DNA of 64,000 bases from the human T2T-CHM13v2.0 reference genome, Homo sapiens: assembly GCF_009914755.1 (NCBI RefSeq), contig NC_060933.1; one strand, 5' to 3'. Below, in pieces: positions 14,320-28,512 of the stretch. Under the pieces are notes generated by a model that worked only from the letters and a program-made list of their open reading frames with translations, made no database searches and was not told where the DNA came from. The position numbers were made by a program, and so were the translations under genes. Each line of letters starts with the position of its first letter. The stretch's first letter is position 1.

Positions 14320-14420
14320 GGCCCATTGTACATACAAGGACACAGAAGCCTGAGAAAAGTTAAATAACTTTTCCAAAGTCACACAACTGGTAAGTGGCCA
14401 AGCCTTTGAGATTCTGCGTT
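14320..14420 (-). mobile_element. MIR fragment
   Basis: GTTAAATAACTTTTCCAAAGTCACACAACTGGTAAGTGGC. Confidence 0.7.
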
Positions 14421-14756
14421 TGATGTGCTGGCTCCTTGTATCCCCTGACCTTTTTCAAAATTTTCACTCCAAGATGTCTTCAAGATATGGCATACCTTTC
14501 ACTTAACCAGCATTTCATATACCATTCATTTTGCATTTTATAAAGTTTGAGTTTATGTCGTTTAATTTTCTCCAATATGAACTTCACATCATTTCTGCAT
14601 ATTTGTAAAACCTGTCAAAGTAATCTGTAACTAAACCTATCCCAAACAATGTAAATCCCTTACTCAATAGAGTCTCCAGTGCCTGTAGTGAGCTGGCTCT
14701 TCATAGAGGAAAGACAAACACTCCTCCACAAAATGCTGATCTATCCATTCATTTTA

Positions 14757-15109
14757 TTTTATTTTTATTATTTTTATTTATTTATTTATTTATTTATTTA
14801 TTTGTTTGTTTGTTTTTTTGTTTTTTGGAGACAGAGCCTCCCTCTGTTGCCCAGGCTGGAATGCAGTGGTGCAATCTTGGCTCATTGCTACCTCCACCTC
14901 CGAGATTCAAGTGATTCTCCTGCCTCAGCCTCCTGAGTAGCTGGAATTATAGGCGTCCGCCACCATGCCTGGCTAATTTTTGTATTTTTAGTAGAGACAG
15001 GGTTTCACTATGTTGGCCAGGTTGGTCTCAAACTCCTGACCTTGGATGATCCACCTGCCTCGGCCTCCCAAAGTGGTGGGATTACAGGCGTGAGCCACCG
15101 CACCAGGCC
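14757..15109 (-). mobile_element. AluSx/Sz with (TTTA)n/(TTTG)n tail
   Basis: Perfect 15-bp TSD TATCCATTCATTTTA at 14742-14756 and 15110-15124. Confidence 0.95.
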
Positions 15110-15394
15110 TATCCATTCATTTTAGAGTCATGATAGTTCAGCAAGGAGCTGCTATCTGATCAATCATTCTTTCATTGAACGAATGTTGATTGAGGACATA
15201 GCATGTGCTAAGACTATATTTGGGGCTGATGGGCATGTTAAAGTGTCCAGGAGCCACTTATTCCTGTGCCAAGTAGTATCACACCAAATATCCTCCTGTC
15301 CAAATCCCCACCTGCCAATTTAATGCCGAAACACTGAGAGCTCTGCTTTTTAGTAAACCTTTACAGCAAATTTCTTCTGGTCTGAAGTCATCTG

Positions 15395-15690
15395 TTGATG
15401 AGCATATCATGGAAGAGAGAATCAAGAGCTTTGTAAAATTCAAGCTCTGTTACATCTATTTAATCCCTCTGATCTACTAGGCCTGTCACTCTGTTTTAGA
15501 AGGAAATTAGATGGTTCTGACAAGACTGTTCTTCACAAAGCAATGTTGATTATTACCTAGTATTCTGTGATCTTATGGGTGTTTGCAAATTGATTTTTTG
15601 ATGATTTGTTCTAGCATTTTCCAAGTATGAAAACTAAACTGACTGCTCTATGATTTTCAGGGCTGTCCCTTTCTCTTTTTCAAATATAGA
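15395..15690 (-). mobile_element. CR1/L3 LINE reverse-transcriptase fossil
   Basis: Manual minus-strand translation with frameshifts: PENHRAVSLVFILGKMLEQIIKKSICKHP*DHRILGNNQHCFVKN / SCQNHLISF*NRVTGLVDQRD*IDVTELEFYKALDSLFHDMLI. This matches CR1 RT (PGNYRPVSLTS..GK..EQIIK..ICKHL...QHGF.KNKSC.TNLISF...VT.LVD....VDV.YLDF.KAFD.V.HD.LI). Confidence 0.85.
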
Positions 15691-17489
15691 TCTCTCTACT
15701 TTTTATTGGTTTTTAGTGTCCTTGCTGATCCCTGTCGAATTTTTTAAATTGCTTTTGAAAAACACTGTTAGCCTTGCTTCAAAGTTCGGTAAGAGAAAAC
15801 ACTTAAAGGAAACGATGACTTGAACATCTACAGTCCATTTTAGAAAAGAAAACATGATAATAAGCATTGTAATACAGAGCTTCTTACAAACTGGCAAACT
15901 CCCAGAGGATTTGCTAGGCCACTGTTCACAGAGCTAAGGCTGGCCTTAAATGCTAGCTAGAAGGTGGAAGATTGCCATTCTGTTTAGGGGCATAACAATA
16001 AGTAAATGTTTAGTGAAATGCTTAAAGGTGTTTAAAGCAAATTGATTCAAATATGTCTTCCCCTTGGCAAGCCTGCTTTGTAAAAGACATATACAGATTA
16101 CAGGATAATATATACTTTTGAGATGTAAAGAGATTTCTTTAGTCCTCTGAAGAGGATAATCATCGTTGGAGATAGCTTACTTGCTTTTTCTTGCCATTCG
16201 AGTAAGTTCAATATTGTATTGTACTGGAAGCATAGGTGAAAAATCTCCTTCTAACCAACTGAATTTGAAAATGTAGTCCACAACCAATTTAGACTGTTAT
16301 TGTGTGGAAATTATGTCAAGACGACAACCTTTGAGGTTGTACTAGGCTCACTGTATGAAAACCAGAGAACAGCTGTTAAATATCCTCCTCCAAAACATCT
16401 GGGAGTAAAAACTAGGTGAATATACCCAGATGTGCTCCAGACAGAGAACTGATGGGATTTTCTTCATTCTCTAGTTTCTTTCTTGGCACCATCATAGGCT
16501 CATTGGTACACTTAGCTTTGGAATCTTAAAAGCAATAGTTCAGTAAAGAGAGCTTTGTGGCTCCAAGGCAGACAGAACCATTTTTCAATTGCAGAAGCAC
16601 TTAATTCTTTCTCACTTTAAGTGTGAAAGCCATTTGGGTGATAGCCCAGGCAGGGTATTGCAGACCGAGAGTGAAAAACTCTTGGCCTCTGAAAAGAAAC
16701 AGTAGGGGGGAAAATTCAGTTACCATTTACTAAGAGACCAAGAAAAAAAAAAGAGTATTGCATTTCAAAAAAAAAATTGCTTTTGGCAACTGTGCTTAAG
16801 ACTCTCCAATTTGGAAGTTAAACATGGGAAAATGTTATAAACGGGTTGCAGCGTATTTGTCTATCACTCTCTTTTTGAAGTGGCAATCTGGGTGACTGGA
16901 AAGTATGAACACATCTCTATTCTGGTGCAGCTTGCTGAGAACTGCAAGTTACAGAACGAAGCCTGCCTGTTGGGCTGCTGCTTATAAATAGAAGGAATCT
17001 GGTTCATACCATAGAGGGGGAGCTTCCATTGGAGTTTTTGCATGTGTGTGAAGGAAGCTAGTGTGTATTTGACAGGACGGCTCAGCTCTCATGAGCCAGC
17101 AAGTAGTGACAGAAGAAGAGGGCCCAGCAAATAGCCATTCTCTGAATGTGCTCCTTGAGGAGTTGGGATAGTTCCTGTAGCAGGAATCCTCATGCCTGGG
17201 TCAGGACTTGGGGGCTGGCAAGTGGCTCAGGGTTCTATCAGGAAGGCCTAGGGAGTTCTGTAACGCCCATAGCTATTCCGCGATGATGCATCCTCCCCAG
17301 TGACAAGCATTCTCTTCCTCTTCCTCCCTTTTTGATGGTGGTAGTCATTTTATAAGACGATAGGCCTATGGAAAATTTGAAAGGCTCATGGGATATTCAT
17401 ATTCAGACAGGAAAATAATATTTGAAAAGAGATAACAGTACAACCACTATGAAAAACAGTATAAAGTTTCCTTAAAATTTTTAAAATAA

Positions 17490-17630
17490 CACGTGGTAGT
17501 GTGTGCCTCTAGTATGAGCTGCTTAGGAGGCTGAGGTGGCGGGATCACTTGAGCCTAGGAAGTTCAAGACCAGCCTGGACAACATAGCCAAATCTTGTCT
17601 CTAAAAAAAAAAAAACCTTAAAAAAATAAA
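17490..17630 (+). mobile_element. FLAM-type free left Alu monomer
   Basis: Single monomer GGAGGCTGAGG...GTTCAAGACCAGCCTGGACAACATAG followed by an A-tail. Confidence 0.8.
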
Positions 17631-17807
17631 AATAGAACTACCATAGGATTCAGGAATCCTACTGCTGGGTATATATCCAAAGGAAATGAAATCAGTATGT
17701 CAAAGACATATTGGCACTCCTGTATTCATTGCAACATAATTCACGATCATTAGGAAATGGTACCAATCTATGTGCCCATGAATGATGAATAAATAAAGAA
17801 AATGTGG

Positions 17808-18120
17808 CATATATAATAGATTATATATAATATATCATATATATAGATTATATATAATATAATATATCATATATAGATTATATATAATATATCATATATA
17901 GATTATATATAATATATCATATATAGATTATATATAATATATCATATATAGATTATATATAATATATCATATATAGATTATATATAATATAATATATCAC
18001 ATATAGATTATATATAATATAATATATCACATATAGATTATATATCTTATATATATATTTATATAATCTATTATATATATTAAATATATATATCTATTAT
18101 CTATTATCTATTATATAATA
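17808..18120. repeat. AT-rich minisatellite, ~9 units of 25-30 bp (ATATATAGATTATATATAAT[ATAAT]ATATC)
   Basis: GAT anchors at 17819, 17846, 17876, 17901, 17926, 17951, 17976, 18006 and 18036. Confidence 0.95.
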
Positions 18121-18659
18121 CTATTCAGCTATTCAGCTCTAAAAAGTGTTATTCAGCTCTAAAAAGAAGGAAATCCTGTCATTTGCACCAACATGGATGA
18201 ACCTGGAGGACATTATGCTTAAATGAAATAATCCAGGCACAGAAAGGCAAATACTGCATGATCTCACTTATAGGGAATATAAAACAGTTGAACTCATAGA
18301 AGCAGAGAGTGGAATGGTGGTTACCAGGCCCTGGGGGGTGATACTGGGATCGAGAGATGTTGGCCAAAGGGTACAAAATTTCAATTAGAAAGGAGAAGTT
18401 CAAGAGATCTATTATGCAACATTCTGACTATAGTTAATAACAACATTGTACACTTGAAAATTGCTAAGAGAACAGATTTTAAGTGTTCTCACCACAAAAA
18501 AAGTTAAGTGTGTGAGGCAATATGTATATTATGAGCTCAATTTAGTCATTCTACAATACATGTACACTATAAATGATAAAATTTTTGTCAATTTGAAAAA
18601 TAAATTTTAAGAAAAGAAAAAAAGAAAAGTGATAACTATCTGCTGAGTAGGTTATGCAT

Positions 18660-18810
18660 TTACAACATTTTATCAAAGGCCCACAGTAACACAATTATGT
18701 AGGTGGTGCTAGCCCTGCTTAAATGCATGGAAATCGAGGCTCCGGGAAGCAAAGTGGTGGGCGCAGAGTTCATAACTAGTAAGTGGTGTGATCAGTTTAC
18801 TCAACTGGAC
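18660..18810 (-). mobile_element. MIR fragment
   Basis: GGAAATCGAGGCTC...CATAACTAGTAAGTGG. Confidence 0.55.
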
Positions 18811-19440
18811 CTTCACCGCCCATCATCAGCCGCTCCACCTTTTCCTCCTATGAGGAAAAGCCCACCTGTGAATTGCACCAAAAGCCTGATTATCCAAGAG
18901 GGAAAATGAGTCCTTGTCCTGTGGCCTGGGTGTCACTTATGTCCTTGAACTTCTACTGAGGAGGGGAGTGAGCAGCAGTGGCCAGCCACTCTCGGGCAGT
19001 TCTTTTGAGAGACTACATGGGATAGTTCAGCACCAGGCCTGCTTTACAGTGGGGATTATCAGCCATTTGCCAGCGCCCTGTAAGCCCTTCAATTTTCCGG
19101 GCAAGGAAAAAGTCCTTATTCATTCCTCCGAGGATTGTTGTCATCCAGCTGTCATTTGGGCATTTAGAGTGCAAGAGTTTGTGCCGTTCATCTGGCCATA
19201 TTTCTCACAGTGACGTCTATGTTTCTCCCTCTCTTCTTTTCTAGACTCTGGTTCAAGTTAGAGGTATATACTACTGTTTTTCTTATGCTTAATGCCTAAA
19301 TAAACAAAAAATATCTTGATGGCTTGATGTGTTCGGGGCCACTATCTTAGGGATGTTTTAAAGTCAATGTAATGAGTGATATTCAATCATTGCTAGACTT
19401 CTATCAATTTTGGAAACAAAGTCCCCACCAACTGCTCACC

Positions 19441-19469
19441 CACACACACACACAGACACACACACGCAC
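19441..19469. repeat. Imperfect (CA)n
   Basis: Direct reading. Confidence 0.9.
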
Positions 19470-22400
19470 AATGTGTTCTGCAGTATCAAAACTCTTGCCA
19501 TGTCATTCAGTGGAGAACTTGTAAGAGCTTCATTGGTTCTGCTTGGGTGAACACACCTAGGCACCAGATCCCAAAAGATAAACCAAAGACAGGGTCATGT
19601 TTTTCATAAAACTTTCAACAGATTGTGGCAACAAATGCATGAACAAACAAAGAAATGAATAGTAAGTGTAATAAGTAAGTTTTCTTTTAAAAAAAACTAC
19701 CCATTCAAATAGTCTTTAGTCTAAGTATATATTTTCATGATTGTCTGTATGTGCATTAGAAATGTCTTTTTCAAGAATTGATGGAGATTTCAGATGGTTG
19801 ATGTTTGTTTTCAATGACCTATTTTACCTTCTCCCTTCTGCAAATGGTCAATTCCAGATGGATACCCAAGATTATCAAAAAATGTCCACTGTTCCCTGAA
19901 ATTCTAAATGTGGCAACCTGTAATGTGAAATATGTTTATTGTCCCTACCATCCTACACCTACACCCCCCAAACTCATCCGTGGAGACAGTCTAAGAAGAG
20001 TAAAGCAAAAGGAATTGGAAAGAAGAAAATGATCTAATTTGCAATAGAAAAAACAGAAGGGGACATAGATACATTTAACCAATATATTTTATTAAAGAAT
20101 TTCAGTAAATATATATTTCATATTTACATATTTAAGTATATTTGTAGACACTCTTTGAATGCAGGTGAGCTGAATCTCTTTCATGGGTGCACCAGTGCTG
20201 AAGGTTTTTTTTTTTTTAAATGAGATCATTAAGGTTAGAGGTTTTAATTTCTTGGAGGTGTGGGAGGTAACTTCAGGTTCTTTCTCATCCACTTTCCTTT
20301 TTTCTCTCTCCTCTTTCCCTCTTTCATTCTCACTTCTCCTTCTGAGTACTCAGCTAGACCAGGCAAGAGCGGCCCAGCCCTTGCCCCATAGTTTAGAGAG
20401 CCCTAGACATCACATAGAGACACAGATTAATTAAAGAATATGTGGGCACCTCTGTCACTTGGGATCCAGTGTTCAGTGCTGAGACAGTGTGACCGTAAAT
20501 ACCCACCCTCATGACTAACACCATTCAGGCCCTAGGTAAATACTTCTCTATCCTTGTCCTCTATCCAAATGCCTTAAAGACGTATGGGCTGTCCTGCTGC
20601 TACTCACATAAGAGATGAACACTACTTTAGAGTCTGTGAAAAGATTTTGAGTGGCAGAAGCACTTAGGTAAGAGAAAAGACAAATTAATTAACTTGTCAA
20701 ATCATTTTTCTCCGATAGCATGAATGCAATAGAGCCTCGTGTGATCGAGTATCATTTTCCAGTTGTGCTGAGCAACTACTTTCTTACTTCTCTTTGTAGT
20801 TCCACAGGTATTTGCAAATTAGAGCAGCATTCAGAACACTAGCATATGGAGTTCGAGGAGCATATTCTGAAATGAAATCATCCAAATTACTCCTACATCT
20901 TTATAGCTGCACATCTAGACATTTTGTGAGAAGTGGTCATTTTTCGTATATGGCTCTAGATGTTGCTTTAAGAGATGGTGAAAATTGTGATATGACTATA
21001 TATTAAAATGAAAATATTTGGTAATATTGTCTGTGGTAAAAATAATCTATGATGGACAATCCAAATACAATCTTTGAACATGATATATAAAGGAATTTTA
21101 TTGACAACTCCAGTTGCTACTGTGTTAGCAGAGTAAATGTTCTCCAAATAGAAATTAGTAATAAAAAAACTACCTTAGGACAATAAAATTTTAAGAAAAG
21201 CATCTATTTTGGCATTACTGTCAATAGAATACAAAATAAGTGAAAGTGTTGATTACAACATAATTAGTGTTCTGTTGAAACAATGGCAAGAAAAACCAAC
21301 TTTGTGAACTGTATTTGTGAATTAATGACACCTGTTTTATTACTTATCAAACACTGCTGGACTATCAAGAAAACACCTAGACACACAATGTAATTAAACC
21401 CAGTAATATTTGAGAGTTTGTTGACTTTCAGTCTTGCAAAAACCATAGCTTTAAAATTTTTTTCATTTTATCATTATGAATATGTGTTTGTCCAAAAAAA
21501 GGATAGAATAGCCATTACATGGCAGTTTGTTAGCTCATAATTATTTAGCTCTGTGGTACGCAGCATCCATTCATACCCTTGCCACATTTCACCATCTTTC
21601 TTCCCTCATTTTCCCTTCTTTTCTTTTCTCTTCCCTCAGATGTGGCTCTATTTCTCCCTTGTATTCATCTCTTCTCTCCTCTTTGTCCTTGTAAATTTTA
21701 CTCCACAATCTCAAGTGCTTAATTAGTTTTTTATTTTTAAAAATCAAATTAAATTAATCTCGGAGTCTCTATCTCTCTCAAATGGCAAAAATATGCCCAT
21801 TTCAGTCATTATGGAGGAGGGCATAAGAATGGGATTCTCTTCCTCTTTCTCTTTCTCTAGGGCCATATAAGAAATCCGAAAGCTTACACTGAAATCAGGA
21901 GAAGGCTCTTTCACTCAGGACATCAGACTGAACACTGAAATCCTGGGTCCCAAGCTAGGTAACTCACTGAAGGTGGGCAGTTCTCCAGCTTTTTTGTGAA
22001 GCTAGGACTCTGTCTGTCATTGAGAACCCGGTGGTGGGAGTCCAGATTCTCCCAGACCCCACATCCATAGCCTCCAGAGGTCCTGCCACCCTCTATGGTG
22101 CAGGGGGGAGGTGAGTGTGGGTCACACTGTTTGAGGAATCTGACAACCCCAACCCCTTCCCAGTCTGGGGGCAATATCTCTACTTCCATTACCACCTTGA
22201 AATCCCTCCTTCCTCCCCATCCCTAGGATAATTCCTTCAGGAGTCCTGTGATTCTGGAAAAACAAGCCAGAGTCAAATTATCTAAACACAATTTCTGCTT
22301 TTATGGATCACAAACAAGAAAGTGAACACAAAGGTCTGGCTATGTTCTTGGAAGAGGGGAAGGAAAAATACAAGAAGAGCAAAATAAATCGATGGTTTAG

Positions 22401-22794
22401 AAAATCATCTCATACATTTGGACTTTGGGCATGTGGGCGAAACCCTCTTGAACAGTGTCTGCTTAATTCTGGAGATCTGAGGGGGTTGGAACATAAAAGT
22501 AAGGGCCCAGATAATTATGATTGATTTTAGATTTTAAGTGAAATTTCAGGTTTTGGTTCAGGCTATTCATTCAGCTCAGTAAAAAACCAATGGAGATAGC
22601 GACTCAAGGTTCTTCTTCTGGTCAAGAATGAAGTCAGTGCATTTGGTTGGTGTATTCCCTAAGGTGTATCTCTTGGGAATTAGTGTTTCCTACAAATTCC
22701 AGCCTCTGGCCCCTGGAAGATCTGCTTGCTGCTCCAGACACACTTAACATATTGACAAAAATTAAACATGCTCACAGGTGAGTTTCTTCCTTCC

Positions 22795-23000
22795 TTCATA
22801 TATTCACTTATTCATTCAACAAATATTTGTTGAGTGCCAGGCACTGTACTAGGTGTACTAGGTGCTGGGTGTACAGTGGTGCATAAAATAGACACAGTGT
22901 TTTCCTTTGGAACTTACAGTCTAGTGGGGAAGATATCCAATAAACAAGAAAACAATTAATATAAATTACAAATTGTGCTAAGAGAGTGAACAGAGAGAAT
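22795..23000 (-). mobile_element. L2 3' end
   Basis: TTCATTCAACAAATATTTGTTGAGTGCCAGGCACTGT...CTTACAGTCTAGTGGGGA. Confidence 0.85.
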
Positions 23001-23309
23001 AAGGAAACTGAAAGAACCTAAAACACAATTGTGTACAGAAAAACTAAAGGAATTAGGAAGATAGTTGTCTTTTTCATAGAAGGCTCAGAAGAAGTTCTTA
23101 CCTCTATGTAAATTTTAGAGGATGTCACATGAAAAAAGTACTTTTATTTCATTAATACTAAGGAGTTGAGCCAGCATCAAAACCTGCAAGTTTTAGGGAG
23201 ATCCATGTTGGGTTGACTGGATGAAGAACTTTTTTTTGTTGTGAAAGAATGGAATGAGCTGTTTGGGGGGGTCAGGTCATCAGATCCCTTGATTAAAAAT
23301 AGACACAAT

Positions 23310-24060
23310 TACTGCTCAGTAGTAAAAAGATGTAAATATACAACATGAATGAGTCTCAAAAACATAATGCTGAGTGAAAGATGCCTTACACAAAAGGCTA
23401 CATATTGTATGATTCCATTTACTTGAAACTCTACATTAGGCTTAATTAATCTATGGAGGATAACTGGGACAATCATTGCCAGGGGGCGGGGGGCAGTGCA
23501 GTGGGGCTGGAATTAACAAGGAAGGTGTGTGAGGGAACTTTCTAGATAATGGGCATGTTCTATACCTTGATAGAGATTTGGCTCACACAGATATGCACAT
23601 TGGCAGTACTTAGCCAGTGGTTCATTTAATATATTTGCATTTCACTAGACACACATTTGATCTAAAAGTAAATAAGGAAAACATGAAGGAGGGAAGGAAG
23701 GAAGGAAGCAAAGGGGGAGAAGAAAACAAGGAAGAAAAAAAGAAAAGAAAAGAAAGGATAAACACAAGGAAGGAAGGAAAGAAGAAGGGAAGAGAAAGAA
23801 CCAAAACCAAATATTAAACTTTAGTTAATGATATACATGCTGGAGTTTTAGAGGTGAAGTGTACTGATGTCTGCAGTTTACTCTGAAATACATGAAAAAG
23901 AAAGATGAACTGATGAATGGATATTTAGATACATAAATAATAAGGCAAATATAACCAAACGTTAACAATTATAGAAGCCAGAAAATTAGTGTATGGGCAT
24001 TCATTGTATAATTCTTTAGCTTTAGTGGTGTTTCAGTTTTGTTCTTAAAATATTAAGTAA
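23310..24060 (+). mobile_element. L1ME-type 3' UTR with an embedded GA-rich tract (23665-23800)
   Basis: CAACATGAATGAGTCTCAAAAACATAATGCTGAGTGAAAGA; GTGTACTGATGTCTGCAG. Confidence 0.8.
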
Positions 24061-24520
24061 AAAGTAGTCACTATTTATTGAGGACTTACTAAAATTTGTT
24101 AGTTATTGTGCTATGCAGGGTTGATACATTACCTCACCTACTGAAGAGAATAATTCATGGCGGATATATATTTTTTGTGGATTAGTAAATTTGTAAATTG
24201 TAAATTAGGAAATTGGGACTAAGACAATTCAACTAACATGTCTAAGACCATACAATTCAATGGCAAGCCTATCTGTTTGCAAAGTTTGCATCTGTGCTAT
24301 CTAATATGGTACCCACAGCCACATGTTGCTCTTGAGCACTTAAATGTGGCTAGTTTGACTGAATAACTGAATTTATAATTTAATTTAATTTAAATAAGAA
24401 AAACAATGTTCAATTCAGTTATTGGAAAACTCAATTTAGTTACTGCAAAATTTCAAGTATGTTTGCAACAACTTGGATAAGTGAATCTACATTTTCAATG
24501 GTAAATTTTATGAAATCTAA

Positions 24521-24827
<307 letters not shown>

Positions 24828-24845
24828 TCATCAAGTATTTCTTAA

Positions 24846-25139
<294 letters not shown>

Positions 25140-26912
25140 TCTCATCAAGTATTTCTAATGAAAACTTAACATCTAAACCATAATGTGTCTTACATGTAAA
25201 ATAAACACATTTTGAGACTTATTGTGAAAAAAAGAATGTAAAATATATCACTAATAATGTCTACATTGATGATATGTTGAAATGATATATTTTGGATATA
25301 TTGGGTTAAAATTTAAAATATTGAAATTAGTTTCACCTCTTTTTACTTTAAAAAAATTAACATTATATATGTGACTGAATTAGTCTGTTCTCACAGTGCT
25401 AATAAAAAACATACGCGAGGCTGGGTAATTTATAAAGGAAACAGGTTTAATTGATTCACAGTTCCACATGGTTGGGGATGCCTCACAATCATGGTGGAAG
25501 GTGAATGAGGAGCAAAGTCATGTCTTACATGGTGTCAGGCAAGAGAGTGTGTTCAAGGGAACTTCCATTTATAAAACCATCTGATCTCATGAGACTTATT
25601 TGCTACCATGAGAACAGTATTGGGAAAACCATCCCCATGATTCAATTATCTCCACCTGGCCCCACCCTTGACACATGGGGATTATTACAATTCAAGGTGA
25701 GATTTGGGTGGTGACAGAACCAAACCATATCATTCACTCCTGGCCCCTCCCAAATCTCATGTCCTCACATTTCAAAACAATCATGCCTTCCCAACAGTGC
25801 CCCAAAGTCTTAACTCATTTTAGCATTAATTCAGAAGGCTACAGTCCAAAGTCTTGTCTGAGATAAGACAAGTCCCTTCTCTCTAGGAGCCTGTAAAATC
25901 AAAAGCAAGTTCAAGTTAGTTACTTCCCAGATACAATGGGGGTACAGGAATTGGGTAAATATGCCTGCTCCAAACGGAAGAAATTGTCCCAAACAAAGGG
26001 GCTACAGGCCCCATGCAAGTCTGAAATCCAATAGGGCAGTCGTGAAACCTTAAAGTTCCAAAATGATCTTTTTTGACTCCATTCTCACATCCAGGGTGCG
26101 TTGATGCAAGATGTGGGCTCCCATGGCCTTGTGCAGCTCTGCCCCTATGGCTTTCTCCTGCCTGCTTTCATGGGCTGGCATTGAGTGTCTGCAGCTTTTC
26201 CAGGTGCACGGTGCAGACTGTCAGTGGATCTACCATTCTAGGGTCTGGAGGACAGTGGCCCTCTTCTCACAGCTCCACTAGGCAGTACCTCAGTAGAGAC
26301 TCTGTGTGGGGGCGCCAACCCCACATTTCCCTTCTACACTGCCTTTGTAGAAGTTCTCCATGAGGGGCCTACTCCTGAAGCAAACTTCTGCCTGGACATC
26401 CAGGCATTTTTATACATCCTCTGAAATCTAGGCAGAAGTTCCCAAACCTCAATTCTTCACTTCTGTGCACTCATAGGCCCAATACCACATGTAAGCCACC
26501 AAGGCTTGGGGCTTGCACCCTTTGAAGCAATGACCTGAGCTGTATGTTGGCCCCTTTTAGCCACAGCTGGAGCTGAAGCAGCTGGGACACAGGGCACCAT
26601 GTCCCATTGCTGTATAGAGCAGGGGGGCCCTGGGCCTGGCCCATGAAACCATTGTTCCCTCCTAGGCCTCCAGGCCTGTGATGATAGGGGCTGCTGCAAA
26701 GGTCTCTGTCATGCCCTGGAGACACATTTGCCCTTGTCTTGGTGATTAACATTTGGTTCCCCATTACTTATGCAAATTTCTGCAGCTGGCTTGAATTTCT
26801 CCCCAGAAAATGAGTTTTTCTTTTCTATCATATTGTCAGGCTGCAAATTTTATAAACTTTTTTGCCCTGCTTCCTCTTGAAGGTTTTTGCCACTTAGAAA
26901 TTTCTTCTGCCA

Positions 26913-27148
26913 ATCTCTTGAAATCAGGAGTTCAAGACCAGCCTGACCAACATGGCAAAACCCCACCTCAACCAAAAGGTACAAAAATTAGCCAGGCATG
27001 GTGGCACGTGCCTGTAGTCCCAGCTACTCAGGAGGCTGAGGCAGGAGAATTGCTTGAACCTGGGAGGCAGAGGTTGCATGAGCTGAGATAATGTTACTGC
27101 ACTCCAGCCTGGGCAACAGAGTGAGACTCAGTCTTGGTTTAAAAAAAA
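26913..27148 (+). mobile_element. 5'-truncated AluS inside THE1-int
   Basis: Begins ~60 nt into the Alu consensus, immediately after TSD AAATTTCTTCTGCCA. Confidence 0.9.
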
Positions 27149-27555
<407 letters not shown>

Positions 27556-28374
27556 TTATTCCAGTTTCCAACAAGTTCCTCATCTTTACCTGAGACCACA
27601 TCAGCCTGGACCTTATTGTCCATATCACTATTAGCATTTCGGTCAAAGCCATTCAACAAGTCTCTAGGAAGTTCCAAACTTTCCCACATCTTCCTGTCTT
27701 TTGAGCCCTTCAAGTCTTTAGGAAGTTCCAAACTTTCTCACATTTTTCTGTCTTCTTCTGAGCCCTCCAAACTGTTCTAACCTCTGCGTGTTACCTGGTT
27801 CCAAAATTGCTTTCACATTTTCAGGTATCTTTACAGCAACACCCCATTGCTGGTACCAATTTACTGTATTAGTCTGTTCTAACATTGCTAATAAAGACAT
27901 ACCTGAGACTGGGTAATTTATAAAGTAAAGAGGTTTAATTGACTCAATTCCACATGGATGGGGAGGCCTCACAATCATGGCAGAAGGTGAATGAGGAGCA
28001 AAGTTGTGTCTTACATGGCAGCAGGCAAGAGACTGTGTTCAGGGGAACTCCCATTTATAAAACCATCAGATCTCATGAGACTTATTCACTACCATGAGAA
28101 CAGTATTGGGAAAACCACTCCACCTGCCCCTGCCCTCAACACATGGGGATTATTACAATTCAAGGTGAGATTTGGGTGGGAACAGAGCCAAAACATATCG
28201 GTGACTCACATTGTGTTTCTATAATTTGACAGAGCTGATCTACACTCTTTCCACTGTACTCAGCATGGATTGTGTTCATACACAGGCTAGGCATGCCAAT
28301 TACCAGGTGTGGGTATGGGGTGAGGTCGGGGTGCACTAAGTCATAAAACTCTTCGTAACTTAGTGCCTCAGAAG

Positions 28375-28512
28375 TTTTGTATCATGCTTATTATGTACCA
28401 GGAATGTTTTTCAAGACTTGACATTTATTATTTTATCTAACCTTACCACAATCCTATAAAGTAGATACAATTATCTGCATTTTACAGATGAGAGAACTGA
28501 GGCATAGAGGCA
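28375..28512 (-). mobile_element. MIR
   Basis: CATTTTACAGATGAGAGAACTGAGGCATAGAGG. Confidence 0.85.

Larger units (their letters stand above)
17436..18620 (+). mobile_element. L1MA (about MA7-MA9) 3' end, interrupted by an Alu monomer and a minisatellite
   Basis: ATAGAACTACCATA...GGGTATATATCCAAAGGAAATGAAATCAG; GAAATCCTGTCATTTGC; GAAAATTGCTAAGAG; A-rich end. Confidence 0.9.

Noticed and set aside
17808-18050. Regularly spaced repeats as a CRISPR-like array
   Set aside because: No unique spacers; a simple AT-rich tandem repeat in eukaryotic DNA.
19026-19035. REST left half-site TTCAGCACCA
   Set aside because: The right half (GGACAG) is absent.
27657-27770. ~54-bp tandem duplication in THE1-int
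   Set aside because: I recall this duplication in other THE1 internal sequences, so it is probably a subfamily trait rather than locus-specific (unverified).
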